Shown here: positions 48,521-58,018 of the stretch, piece after piece
How the letters are laid out: every line of letters begins with the position of its first letter
Position numbering within the stretch: the stretch's first letter is position 1
Origin: an uncultured Desulfobacteraceae bacterium
GTDB lineage: Bacteria > Desulfobacterota > DSM-4660 > Desulfatiglandales > HGW-15
Assembly: GCA_964459445.1 (NCBI GenBank)
Contig: CAYWMP010000002.1
Span: forward strand, 4,293-68,292
Direction of reading: 5' to 3'
DNA length: 64,000 nt
Program-made: the position numbers and the translations under genes
The notes under the pieces: model-generated
What the model saw: only the letters and a program-made list of their open reading frames with translations
The model's database searches: none
Told to the model about the DNA's origin: nothing

Positions 48521-50068
48521 TTATGAAATAGCGTCCGTCATTTTATGCATCAAATCGGACAGGCGGGAATAGGTTTCGACATATTGATCGAAGTAGAATT
48601 TGTAAGCTTCATGATTTGCGGATTGCGGCTCGATGCGCTCGTGTATTTTCACCATCTTTCCGGCGGCTTGACTCACCGTAGGATACAGGCCGGCTGCGAC
48701 GCTGGCTAAAATTGCGGATCCAAGCAACGGCGCATCCTGTACCTTGGGGATGTGGATCGGTATCCCGCTCACGTCGGCGTGAATTTGCATCCAGAGTCGA
48801 CTTTTTGTGGGACCTCCACAGGCATAAATTTCTTCCGCTTCATAGCCGGCTTCGCGAAACCGTCGAAAAATAAACTCGGTGCCGTAGGCAATGCCCTCCA
48901 TTATCGCCCTGAAGATGTGTTCCGGTGTGTGGCGCAGAGATAAGCCCCAGATGGCCCCTCTCAGATTGGGGTCGACCAGCGGTGTCCGGTTGCCCTGAAA
49001 TGAATCCAGAACGATGAGTCCTTCGGACCCCGGTGGAATTTGCTCAGCCCCTTCCCTCATTAAATCATAGAGGCTCTTTTGCAGTGCCTCGGCCTCCTTT
49101 GCCTTGTGGCCGAGAAAATGGTTTTTATACCATTGGATGATTGATCCCGTGGATATTTGTCCTCCCTCCACCGTATACAGTCCTCGAACAACTGCATTAG
49201 GATAGGTGCCGAAAATCCCTTTGCGGTGGAAATCCTTCCGGGACATCCCCAGATGAAGATGAGAGGATCCTGTGATAAAAGCGAGGCGGCCGGGCTCAAT
49301 GACATTCAAACCAATCATGCCGACAAAGGCATCGGCGCCTCCCTGGGCCACGCTTGTTCCCTCCCTTAAACCCAGTTCCGAGGCCGCCGAAGCAGAGAGC
49401 TGGCCGACGGGCTGATCCATATCCAGCACGTCGGGCGGAAATTTGGCAATCAGATCATCCAGCCCGATGGTTTCGTAAAAAGAGGCCGGAAAACCGCCTT
49501 CCTCATCGTCGAAATACCAGCGGATGGAAGCATTGTTGATGCTGGCCGTCAATCTGCCGGTTAGGCGGTAATTTATGAAATCGAGGTACTCACAGACAAC
49601 TTCGGCCTGAGAAAAGATCTCCGGCTCATTCCTTTTCACCCACAGGGTTTTGCAGGGCATCCATTCGGCGGACACGTTGCCGTAGCCGTTATACTTTAAA
49701 GCCGCGTGCCCGCTTTCGGCAATCTGGCGGGCCTCGCGTCCCGCCCGCACATCCATCCACAACAGGGCCTTACGAAGGGGGGTCATCTTGCGATCCAGGA
49801 AAACAACCGTGCAGCAGGTAGCGTCCAATCCGATCCCTTTCACCGCTTCAGGAGGCACATCCGAATTCTTCAACAGATCCTGCATCACCTGCTTGAGGGC
49901 TGCCCACCAATCCTCGGGATCCTGCTCCGCCCATCCCGATTGTGGAAAGTGGGTCTCATAAGCCTTTTGCCTTGCCAGAATCAGATTTCCGTCCAGATCA
50001 AAAAGACCGGCACGAATTGATTCCGTACCCCCATCGATCCCAATTACATATACGTCTTGATCAGTCAT
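48521..50068 (-). CDS. FGGY-family carbohydrate kinase (ribulo/xylulo/fuculokinase-like)
   Basis: IGIDGGTESIRAGLFD N-terminal motif and the C-terminal GGPTKSRLWMQIHADV. Confidence 0.85.
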   Translation of the reverse strand: MTDQDVYVIGIDGGTESIRAGLFDLDGNLILARQKAYETHFPQSGWAEQDPEDWWAALKQVMQDLLKNSDVPPEAVKGIGLDATCCTVVFLDRKMTPLRKALLWMDVRAGREARQIAESGHAALKYNGYGNVSAEWMPCKTLWVKRNEPEIFSQAEVVCEYLDFINYRLTGRLTASINNASIRWYFDDEEGGFPASFYETIGLDDLIAKFPPDVLDMDQPVGQLSASAASELGLREGTSVAQGGADAFVGMIGLNVIEPGRLAFITGSSHLHLGMSRKDFHRKGIFGTYPNAVVRGLYTVEGGQISTGSIIQWYKNHFLGHKAKEAEALQKSLYDLMREGAEQIPPGSEGLIVLDSFQGNRTPLVDPNLRGAIWGLSLRHTPEHIFRAIMEGIAYGTEFIFRRFREAGYEAEEIYACGGPTKSRLWMQIHADVSGIPIHIPKVQDAPLLGSAILASVAAGLYPTVSQAAGKMVKIHERIEPQSANHEAYKFYFDQYVETYSRLSDLMHKMTDAIS

Positions 50069-50457
50069 AGGTTCCTTCCTTCATTCAGTCTTTGTTTTTT
50101 GAGTTTTTACCATCTCTTGCAAGACTAAATCAAGGCCGGCGAGAAGGGTATCCGCAATATTAGAAAAAATTTCCCAAATTTATATTCATCATCAACAGCG
50201 ACGGTCCCTACTCAAAGAAAACTTCTATTGATGAGCTCAAAAAAGCATCATGTCCTTTATCCTTGTGGATAAACCCATAGATCATAAAATACTGGTTGAA
50301 TGGGTTTCAGAAATTTCCAACACAGGCTTGCCTACATAAATGGAATGTGATACCCAAATTGCGTGAAAGCCAACTGGGAGTTATTCGTTGCTTGTTGCTC
50401 GTTTTTATTAAAAAATAGAATTCTGCACAATGAGACGTGATCGAAGGAGGAGGACCA

Positions 50458-51462
50458 ATGAAAAAAATAATTAACAGCCCTGAAGATTTTGTACCGGAAA
50501 TGTTGGATGGCCTGCTAAAGGCTCATCCGGATCAGTTGTCCTATGCAGAAGAAATCCATGCGATTGTACGGGCCGATGCACCGGTTAAAGGGAAAGTCGG
50601 CCTGGCAACAGGTGGTGGGTCCGGCCATTTGCCCGTGTTTTTGGGTTATGTCGGCAAGGGGATGCTGGATGGATGCGCGGTCGGTGATGTCTTTCAATCC
50701 CCCAGTGCGGAGCAGATGTTGGCCGTAACCCGGCGCATCAATGGCGGCAAGGGTGTCGTGTATATCTACGGCAACTACGGGGGGGATGTCATGAACTTTG
50801 ATATGGCCGCCGAAATGGCGGACATGGAGGATATCCCTGTTCGGACGGTTCTGGTTAAAGACGATGTGGCCTCGGCGCCGCCGGCGGAGGCTGACCGGCG
50901 CAGGGGAGTTGCCGGAATGGTATTTGCCTTCAAGGTTGCAGGAGCCAAAGCAGATCGCGGGGGATCGGCAGAGGAAGTTGCGGAGATCGCCGCGAAAGCG
51001 CTGGCCAACATCCGAACCATGGGTGTGGCGCTTTCGCCGTGCACTGTGCCCAGAGCCGGAAAGCCTACCTTCACCATCGCAGATGATGAAATGGAAATCG
51101 GCATGGGTATTCATGGTGAGCCCGGCATGAAACGTGAAAAGCTGCAAACGGCCGATCAGATTGCCGAGCGTATGGCGAATGCCATTCTCGATGACATGCA
51201 ACCTGCTTCCGGTGACCGTCTGGCCGTGATGGTCAACAGCTTGGGCGCCACACCTCCAGAAGAGCTCTATATTCTCTTTCGCAAGGCCCATGAAATTATC
51301 ACAGCAAGAGGTTTGACCGTTCACCGAACCTTCATCGGGGAATATGCCACTTCAATGGAAATGGCCGGGGCCTCCTTTACTTTCTTCCGGTTGGATGGTG
51401 AACTGGCCGACCTACTGGACGCGCCGGCCCATACCCCGTTTTTCACCAAAGTCGGTGATTGA
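50458..51462 (+). CDS. dhaK: dihydroxyacetone kinase subunit DhaK
   Basis: MKKIINSPEDFVPEMLDG.. and the GGGSGHLP motif. GGAGGAGG precedes the ATG at 50458. Confidence 0.9.
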   Translation: MKKIINSPEDFVPEMLDGLLKAHPDQLSYAEEIHAIVRADAPVKGKVGLATGGGSGHLPVFLGYVGKGMLDGCAVGDVFQSPSAEQMLAVTRRINGGKGVVYIYGNYGGDVMNFDMAAEMADMEDIPVRTVLVKDDVASAPPAEADRRRGVAGMVFAFKVAGAKADRGGSAEEVAEIAAKALANIRTMGVALSPCTVPRAGKPTFTIADDEMEIGMGIHGEPGMKREKLQTADQIAERMANAILDDMQPASGDRLAVMVNSLGATPPEELYILFRKAHEIITARGLTVHRTFIGEYATSMEMAGASFTFFRLDGELADLLDAPAHTPFFTKVGD

Positions 51463-51533
51463 ACTAAGCGCTCTTCAGGCGGGCAGGAGGATAGGGGGCC
51501 GATAAACGATAACGTACTTTTAAGGGTGGTGCC

Positions 51534-52169
51534 ATGACTGATTCCGCGGTGATTCGTTCTCAGCAGGTCATTGAGGCGTTGAAACGGGTAGCTGACGCTC
51601 TGGAAACCCAGCATGAGTATTTGACCGAGCTTGACCAGGCCATGGGAGATGGAGACCTGGGTATCACCGCTTCTAAAATTTCTGCTGCCCTTAAGGAATA
51701 TGCCGCCGGATCGACCGGCGATGATCTTGGCCAGTATTTGGCTTCGGCCGGGATGGCCGTCAACCGGGCCGCCCCCAGCACCATGGGCACTCTGCTGGCC
51801 ACGGCCCTGATGAGGGCGGGAAAAGAAACTAGTGGGCTTGACGCATTAAGCGGGAAACATCTGGTGGTCATGCTCGAAGCGGCAGACCAGGGTATTCAGG
51901 AGCGGGGCAAGGCCAAACCCGGAGATAAAACCATCGTGGATGCCCTTCATCCGGCCGCGCAAACCCTTAAAAGTGCCCTTGAAGAGGAAGCTGACCTCAA
52001 GAAAGCTGGAGACAAGATGCTGGCAGCAGCCGAAAAAGGCCTTGAGGATGTAACCCCGCTCCAAAGCCGCATCGGGCGAGCAAGTTGGGTTGGAGAGCGG
52101 ACCAAAGGTCTGGTGGATCCCGGGTGTGCTTTATTTGTGGTTATTCTCAAGGCAATTTTAAATACCTAA
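51534..52169 (+). CDS. dhaL: dihydroxyacetone kinase subunit DhaL
   Basis: LTELDQAMGDGDLGIT and PGDKTIVDAL motifs. Confidence 0.85.
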   Translation: MTDSAVIRSQQVIEALKRVADALETQHEYLTELDQAMGDGDLGITASKISAALKEYAAGSTGDDLGQYLASAGMAVNRAAPSTMGTLLATALMRAGKETSGLDALSGKHLVVMLEAADQGIQERGKAKPGDKTIVDALHPAAQTLKSALEEEADLKKAGDKMLAAAEKGLEDVTPLQSRIGRASWVGERTKGLVDPGCALFVVILKAILNT

Positions 52170-52241
52170 CCAAACATATTTGAAATTTCCTTCAACTTTG
52201 AATCAACGTTTATCATTGTTTCGAAGCCTCAGGTAATGCAA

Positions 52242-52420
52242 GTGTTCAGTGGTTCAGCGTTCAGCGCCGCCTCTGGCCGCCTAAGCGGCCAGTTTGATCA
52301 AAAAACTGACTCCAGCGTTGCTTAGTCAGATACGAGGAAAGAAAAACTGATTCCTTGCCTCAGCTCCCTCTCGTTCGACCTGGAGGCTCTCGACAGGCTG
52401 AACTCTGAACCACTGAACAC
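52242..52420. repeat. 179-bp element with perfect 16-bp terminal inverted repeats (gttcag words)
   Basis: gtgttcagtggttcag (52242-52257) versus ctgaaccactgaacac (52405-52420). The core carries the 43-nt repeat shared with 13111-13153. Confidence 0.8.
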
Positions 52421-52503
52421 TCGGAACACCTTTGGTTTGTCAACGCTCGTCAGATTTGTTTGACTCGTTTAGTCAAGGAATCGTGGTGTAAGGAGCTAAT
52501 GGA

Positions 52504-52959
52504 TTATTTCAGACCACTGTGGCCGAAACCCCCGTCTCCCCGCTCAGTGGCATCAAGACTATCCACTTCAACGATCCGAGCCTTATATACCTTGTTGACG
52601 ATCATCTGCGCTATACGGTCGCCACGATTAATAGCATAGGGCGCCCGCCCCCAATTGACAAGAATGAGCCCAATCTCGCCCCGGTAATCCGAATCAATGG
52701 TACCCGGAGAATTCGCCATCCCGACCCCGTATTTCAAAGACAGACCGCTACGGGGACGTATCTGTGCCTCATACCCAGCGGGTATGGACACGGCCAATCC
52801 AGTGGGAATGAGTTTTATCTCTCCAGGATTTAAGATTGTCTTTTTCTCTATGACAGCCCTCAGATCCATTCCGGCCGAGCCGGATGTTTCATAGTCCGGC
52901 AAAGGGACATCATCCATAGGGCGAACGCGTTTGACTTTGATGGTGATCCGATCATTCAA
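52504..52959 (-). CDS. dut: dUTP diphosphatase
   Basis: SAGMDLRA, RSGL and GTIDSDYRGE motifs. Confidence 0.9.
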   Translation of the reverse strand: MNDRITIKVKRVRPMDDVPLPDYETSGSAGMDLRAVIEKKTILNPGEIKLIPTGLAVSIPAGYEAQIRPRSGLSLKYGVGMANSPGTIDSDYRGEIGLILVNWGRAPYAINRGDRIAQMIVNKVYKARIVEVDSLDATERGDGGFGHSGLK

Positions 52960-53153
52960 TCTCTGAAATCTCCTACGTCATGTCAAAGGGTATCACCATG
53001 ACCTGTGTTAATGGATACGTCTCCATCTATTTTTTTGGCGGGAATATTGACCCATTTGTCCCTTGCCGGCAGAGCCGATCATCTGTCTATCAGGGTGATT
53101 TCTTTGAGACGTTTCTGGCAATAGCTCTTTGGTCAAGCGTGTATAGTGCGGAG

Positions 53154-54431
53154 TTAATTGAATTGAAGATAATTCAAATCCAGAGCCGCTTCGTCCACCG
53201 GCCCCAGGGTGACCAACGATATCCCGTTGCTCTTAAAGGCGTCTCGAGCCACGGTTACCACCTCATCCACCGTAACCTTCTCCAACTCGGACACGATTTC
53301 TTCATAGCTCACATACTTGCCATAGATATACTCATTTTTGGCAAGGCGCATCATCCGACTATCCGGACTTTCCGATGATAGCAATATGCCGCCCACGAGG
53401 TGTTCACGGGCCGCATCCAGATCGACCTGGGTGATTCCCTGCTGTTGTATCTTTCTGATTTCCCGATTGATCACCTTAAGCACGCGGTTTACGGCGCCTG
53501 GATCGGTCGCAACATAGACCCCCATGAGACCGGTATCCACATAGGCCGAAAGAAAGGAATACACGGAATAGGCCAATCCCCTCTTCTCCCGTATTTCCTG
53601 AAACAATAGGGAACTCATGCTTCCGCCAAGGATGGTGTTCAATATGGCGGCGGCGAATCTCAGGTGGGCCTTGAGATGGGGCGCCTCCCCTCCCAGACAA
53701 AGATGAACTTGCTCCAGGTCCTTTTGATGGCACAGGGTGCCGGCATTTGGTTTGGGAACAGCCATCGGAGGCTCATTGTTCGAGCTTCCCAGAGAATTGA
53801 ACAATGGCCTGAAAAATTCGACGATCGCATCATGGTCTACATTTCCCGCTGCCGTGATGGCGATTCTATCCGGCGTATAGAAACGATCAATATAGCTGAG
53901 TACGGTCTCTTTATTAATGGCGGCTACCGTTTCATCTGTTCCCAGAACGGACATGCCGAGAGCGTGGTTCTTCCAGAAGAGCTCATTGAAAAGGACATGA
54001 ATGTGCTCTTCAGGTGAATCCTCAACCATATTGATTTCCTGGAGGATGACTTGCCTTTCCCTATCCATGTCCCCCGGATCAAAGGTGGAATTTAGGAAAA
54101 TATCAGATAGCACATCTGCAAGCGTGGCGAAGTGTTTGTCGAGAACCCTCGAGTGGAAGCAGGTGTTCTCTTTACCTGTAAAGGCATTGGAGAAGCCTCC
54201 GATGGCATCAAGCTCTTTGGCGATCTCCAGAGCGGTCCGCGCCTGTGTTCCCTTGAAAATCATGTGCTCGATAAAATGGGAGATGCCGTTTTCCTTCTCC
54301 ACCTCTTCTCTTGACCCTACATTCACCCAAATACCTAAGGCCACGGACCGAAAATGATCCAGCCTTTCCGAGACGATCCTAATCCCGTTTTCCAATTGGG
54401 TTTTACGATACTGTGTCAAGATTTTCTCCAA
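53154..54431 (-). CDS. M16-family (pitrilysin-like) zinc peptidase
   Basis: HFIEHMIFKGT (the HxxEH motif). 425 aa. Its 5' end overlaps the pnp 3' end by 29 nt. Confidence 0.85.
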   Translation of the reverse strand: MEKILTQYRKTQLENGIRIVSERLDHFRSVALGIWVNVGSREEVEKENGISHFIEHMIFKGTQARTALEIAKELDAIGGFSNAFTGKENTCFHSRVLDKHFATLADVLSDIFLNSTFDPGDMDRERQVILQEINMVEDSPEEHIHVLFNELFWKNHALGMSVLGTDETVAAINKETVLSYIDRFYTPDRIAITAAGNVDHDAIVEFFRPLFNSLGSSNNEPPMAVPKPNAGTLCHQKDLEQVHLCLGGEAPHLKAHLRFAAAILNTILGGSMSSLLFQEIREKRGLAYSVYSFLSAYVDTGLMGVYVATDPGAVNRVLKVINREIRKIQQQGITQVDLDAAREHLVGGILLSSESPDSRMMRLAKNEYIYGKYVSYEEIVSELEKVTVDEVVTVARDAFKSNGISLVTLGPVDEAALDLNYLQFN

Positions 54432-56502
54432 ATGCTGCCTTGCGTGACAGGGCTATTTTTCCGTTTTTGTCAATATCGAGAACCTTAACCAGGACTTCAT
54501 CGCCTTCTTTGAGGATATCGGTCACCTTATTAACCCTTTCCCTGTCCAACTGGGAAATGTGAATCAATCCGTCTGTTCCGGGGAATATTTCCACAAAGGC
54601 CCCAAAGTCCATGATCTTGACTACCTTCCCAAGGTAGTTTTTGCCTATCTCCGCGTCCTGGGTGATTCGCCGAATCATATCAAGGGCAAGATTCACTCTT
54701 TCGGCGTCCGCCCCCGCAACAACAACCTTCCCCTCGTCATCCACATCGATCTTGGCTTCGCTGGTCGTGCTGATTTCCCTTATCACCTTACCCCCCGGCC
54801 CGATAAGGGTTCGGACCTTCTCCGGTTTTATCTTGAGTGTGACAATGACCGGTGCATATTGTGAGACTTCGCTTCTTGGAACGGGGATGGCTTGATCCAT
54901 TGCGTCCAGGATATGGAGCCTTGCTTCCTTTGCCTGGCTCAGGGCCTGTTGCATCACATCCCTCGTGATCCCGTCAATTTTGATATCCATCTGTAGAGCG
55001 GTAATGCCGTCACGCGTCCCCGCCACTTTGAAGTCCATATCACCGTAGTGATCCTCGTCGCCGATGATATCCGTGAGAACGACGATCTTTTCACCATCGG
55101 TTACAAGGCCCATGGCCACGCCTGCAACGGCTTCTTTAATGGGAACCCCGGCATCCATGAGTGACAGGGAGCCCCCGCAAACACTGGCCATGGAGGAGGA
55201 GCCGTTGGATTCGAGGATCTCTGAAACCACGCGAACGGTATAATCAAAATCTTCCTTTTCAGGAAGCACGGGCAAAAGGGACCGTCGCGCCAAAGCGCCA
55301 TGACCGATTTCCCTCCGGCCTGGTCCCCCCAGTCTTCTGGCTTCTCCCACGGAATAGGGAGGGAAGTTGTAATGGAATATGAAGTTTCTGAAAGTGATAC
55401 CGTATATGGTTTCCATCCTTTGATCGTCCATACCGGTGCCCAGGGTAGTCAGGACCATGGCCTGTGTCTCCCCCCTTGTGAAAAGGGCGGATCCATGGAC
55501 CCGAGGCAAAACCCCAACCAGACAATCCAGGGATCTGACCTCCGTGAAGGAGCGCCCGTCCATTCTTTTTCCCTCTTCAAGGATCAGCCGCCGCACCATC
55601 TTCTTTTCAAGGTCGTGTAGAATTTCTTTGGCCTCTCCGGCCTTGGCCTCTTCATCTTCGGAGAGGCTGCCCAGGACCTTGATTGCGACATCGTCCCTTC
55701 CCTTTTGCCGCAGTTGCTTGTCCGCAGTCGTAACGACCGTCTCGAACAGGGGCTTTGCCATGCCCGCTATTCTGTTATGGAAGGCCTCATCCTTGATTGG
55801 AGGCGCCACCTGTCTCTTGGCTTTGCCGACCTCCCTCTTCATTTGCTCTTGCACGTCAAGCATGGGTTGAAGGGCCTCATGTCCGTAAAAGATGGCCTCT
55901 ATCATATCCGATTCCGAAGCGAAAGTTGCCCCTCCTTCAACCATGACGACCGCAGATCGATTTCCAGCAACAATAAGATTGATATCGCTCTCTTCCTGTT
56001 CGGATCGGGTCGGATTCGCCACAAACTTCCCTTCGACCCTCGACACCCTGACAGCCGCAATGGGGCCGTCGAAAGGAACATCCGAGATCTCAAGAGCCGT
56101 TGATGCCCCCAGGATGGCCAATACGTCCGCCTCATTCTCTTTATCCGTAGAAAGTACGCTTGCGATGACTTGCGTCTCGTAGAAATAGCCGTCCGGGAAA
56201 AGAGGTCGCAGGGGCCTATCTATGAGCCTGGCTGTTAATGTTTCCTTCTCACTCGGTCTTCCTATGTCCCTGCGAAAGTAATTGCCCGGGATTCTCCCGC
56301 CGGCATAGGACATCTCCTGGTATTCTACGGTCAAGGGCAAAAAGTCTATGCCTTCGCGCACCTGATCCGTCGATACCGCTGTGACCAGGACAACCGTCTC
56401 TCCGAGCGTGACGACCGCAGAACCACTCGCCTGCCTGGCTATTCGACCGGTTTCTAAATGTAATGACTGACCGTTTATTTCAACTGAATATTGCTTAATC
56501 AT
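54403..56502 (-). CDS. pnp: polyribonucleotide nucleotidyltransferase (PNPase)
   Basis: Two RNase PH domains followed by KH and S1 (GKVVKIMDFGAFVEI). The preferred start is MIKQYSVEING at 56502. Confidence 0.95.
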   Translation of the reverse strand: MIKQYSVEINGQSLHLETGRIARQASGSAVVTLGETVVLVTAVSTDQVREGIDFLPLTVEYQEMSYAGGRIPGNYFRRDIGRPSEKETLTARLIDRPLRPLFPDGYFYETQVIASVLSTDKENEADVLAILGASTALEISDVPFDGPIAAVRVSRVEGKFVANPTRSEQEESDINLIVAGNRSAVVMVEGGATFASESDMIEAIFYGHEALQPMLDVQEQMKREVGKAKRQVAPPIKDEAFHNRIAGMAKPLFETVVTTADKQLRQKGRDDVAIKVLGSLSEDEEAKAGEAKEILHDLEKKMVRRLILEEGKRMDGRSFTEVRSLDCLVGVLPRVHGSALFTRGETQAMVLTTLGTGMDDQRMETIYGITFRNFIFHYNFPPYSVGEARRLGGPGRREIGHGALARRSLLPVLPEKEDFDYTVRVVSEILESNGSSSMASVCGGSLSLMDAGVPIKEAVAGVAMGLVTDGEKIVVLTDIIGDEDHYGDMDFKVAGTRDGITALQMDIKIDGITRDVMQQALSQAKEARLHILDAMDQAIPVPRSEVSQYAPVIVTLKIKPEKVRTLIGPGGKVIREISTTSEAKIDVDDEGKVVVAGADAERVNLALDMIRRITQDAEIGKNYLGKVVKIMDFGAFVEIFPGTDGLIHISQLDRERVNKVTDILKEGDEVLVKVLDIDKNGKIALSRKAAFGENLDTVS

Positions 56503-56585
56503 ATGAGTACCCATCCTTCCGATGATTAGTGAATTCACTCTGACTACCCCAAATAGAGGCCCCCGGTTTTAAGAACCGATCAAGC

Positions 56586-56855
56586 CTATTTTCGGAGTCC
56601 GAGTTCTTTGATAATGCTTTGATATCTCTTGAGGTCTCTCTTCTTGACATAATTAAGGAGTCTTCTTCTCTGACCCACCAGTTTCAGCAGGCCTCTGCGC
56701 GAATGATGATCTTTCTTGTGAACCTTGAAATGATCGGTCAAGTAATTGATGCGATTGCTTAGAAGGGCTATTTGGACTTCCGGTGAACCTGTGTCCTTGT
56801 CGTGGACCTTATACTGGTCGATGATTTGCCTCTTGGCATCTGGATTCAAAACCAC
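56586..56855 (-). CDS. rpsO: 30S ribosomal protein S15
   Basis: [37 protein letters not shown]. Confidence 0.95.
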   Translation of the reverse strand: MVLNPDAKRQIIDQYKVHDKDTGSPEVQIALLSNRINYLTDHFKVHKKDHHSRRGLLKLVGQRRRLLNYVKKRDLKRYQSIIKELGLRK

Positions 56856-57082
56856 TTTCCGTACCTCCTTCAGGAATTAATTAGCGTCCATCCAGAAATG
56901 GTAATTTTTCGCAATTTCTGCATCAGACTTATCCCGCACTTTCATGAAAATGTGGGGTCTTCGGCTTGAACATGCAAAACTATCTCATTTCTGGAAGGAC
57001 GCAAGTTAATGATTGAAATGAATATAAACTCGTAAATTTAACGTTTCATAGGGAATGCAAAACCGCCCCCGCTCGGAAGTCT

Positions 57083-58018
57083 TTAGGTAAATACTCTCTC
57101 TATCCTCGACAGATCCCCCTTATGAGCGTTGCTATTTGAAATTTCTACCAGGGCGATGAGGTCTCCTCCGCTTATCGCCTTGATTGGGCCCCCCTCCCAT
57201 TTGGCGAGCTCGCTATGGCCTATTAACTCATCAGTTTTGGGCTGATAGCCGTTCCTGATTTTCTGGGCCATTTCTTTTCCGATTTCGATTTCTTTCAACT
57301 GGCGCAGCGCATTGCGAAGAGGAATCATGTTGCTGCGATATCCCTCTTTCGCGCTCTTCGGATCCGAAGCCTTTAGCGCCAAGGACTCCTCCACCGAGAA
57401 AGGGAAGCTGGATAGCCGCCTCAAAGCCACGAGATGTCCGCCCGGCCCCAATCGCCTCCCCAAATCATTGCCAAGGGTCCGAATATAGGTCCCCTTGGAA
57501 CAGGCCACCTCAAAAGTCACATCCGGCAAATTCATGGAAATGATTTCCAGTTGACGCACCCTCACCTTTCTTTTCTGAAGAGCCACGTCAAGGCCTTTTC
57601 TCGCCAAGTCGTAGGCCCTTTTCCCCTTTACTTTCAGGGCTGAAAAGCTCGGTGGGGTCTGCTCGATCTCCCCGATGAATTCACCCGCCATTTCCTCGAT
57701 AAAAGCCCGATCAAGCTCTGGCACGGACCTGGTCTTCAGGATTTTGCCTGTGAGATCCTGGGTGTCGGTTTCCACCCCCAATCTCAAGGTGGCTCTGTAG
57801 GTTTTTTCACCCGCCATAAGATAGGGCGAAAGTTTTGTGCCTTGCCCCAGTAAAATTATCAATAGACCGGTGGCAAAAGGATCCAACGTGCCTGCATGGC
57901 CCACCTTTTTTATGCCCAAGATCTTCTTGATCCGATTGACCACTTGAAATGAGGTCTCATCCTCAACCTTATCAATCAGAAGTATGCCGTCATCAGGGTT
58001 AGCCATAGGGTCAATCAT
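57083..58018 (-). CDS. truB: tRNA pseudouridine(55) synthase
   Basis: VGHAGTLDPFATGLL catalytic Asp motif. Confidence 0.9.
   Translation of the reverse strand: MIDPMANPDDGILLIDKVEDETSFQVVNRIKKILGIKKVGHAGTLDPFATGLLIILLGQGTKLSPYLMAGEKTYRATLRLGVETDTQDLTGKILKTRSVPELDRAFIEEMAGEFIGEIEQTPPSFSALKVKGKRAYDLARKGLDVALQKRKVRVRQLEIISMNLPDVTFEVACSKGTYIRTLGNDLGRRLGPGGHLVALRRLSSFPFSVEESLALKASDPKSAKEGYRSNMIPLRNALRQLKEIEIGKEMAQKIRNGYQPKTDELIGHSELAKWEGGPIKAISGGDLIALVEISNSNAHKGDLSRIERVFT

Noticed and set aside
50515-51324. 269-aa minus-strand ORF.
   Set aside because: It is antisense to dhaK, which has the diagnostic GGGSGH motif and a strong RBS.
30056-52169. Assigning the locus outright to sulfoquinovose/DHPS or to fucose/rhamnose catabolism.
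   Set aside because: Only generic family matches are visible (PfkB, AKR, GRE, FGGY, RbsD/FucU). The diagnostic isomerase and aldolase genes, and the sulfonate-specific residues, cannot be confirmed by eye. It is kept as a hypothesis only.
54403-54431. The 29-nt overlap between the pnp 3' end and the M16 peptidase start, considered as a possible programmed feature.
   Set aside because: It is more simply explained by ordinary gene overlap or a slightly downstream alternative start (TTG at 54419). No slippery or structural signal is seen.
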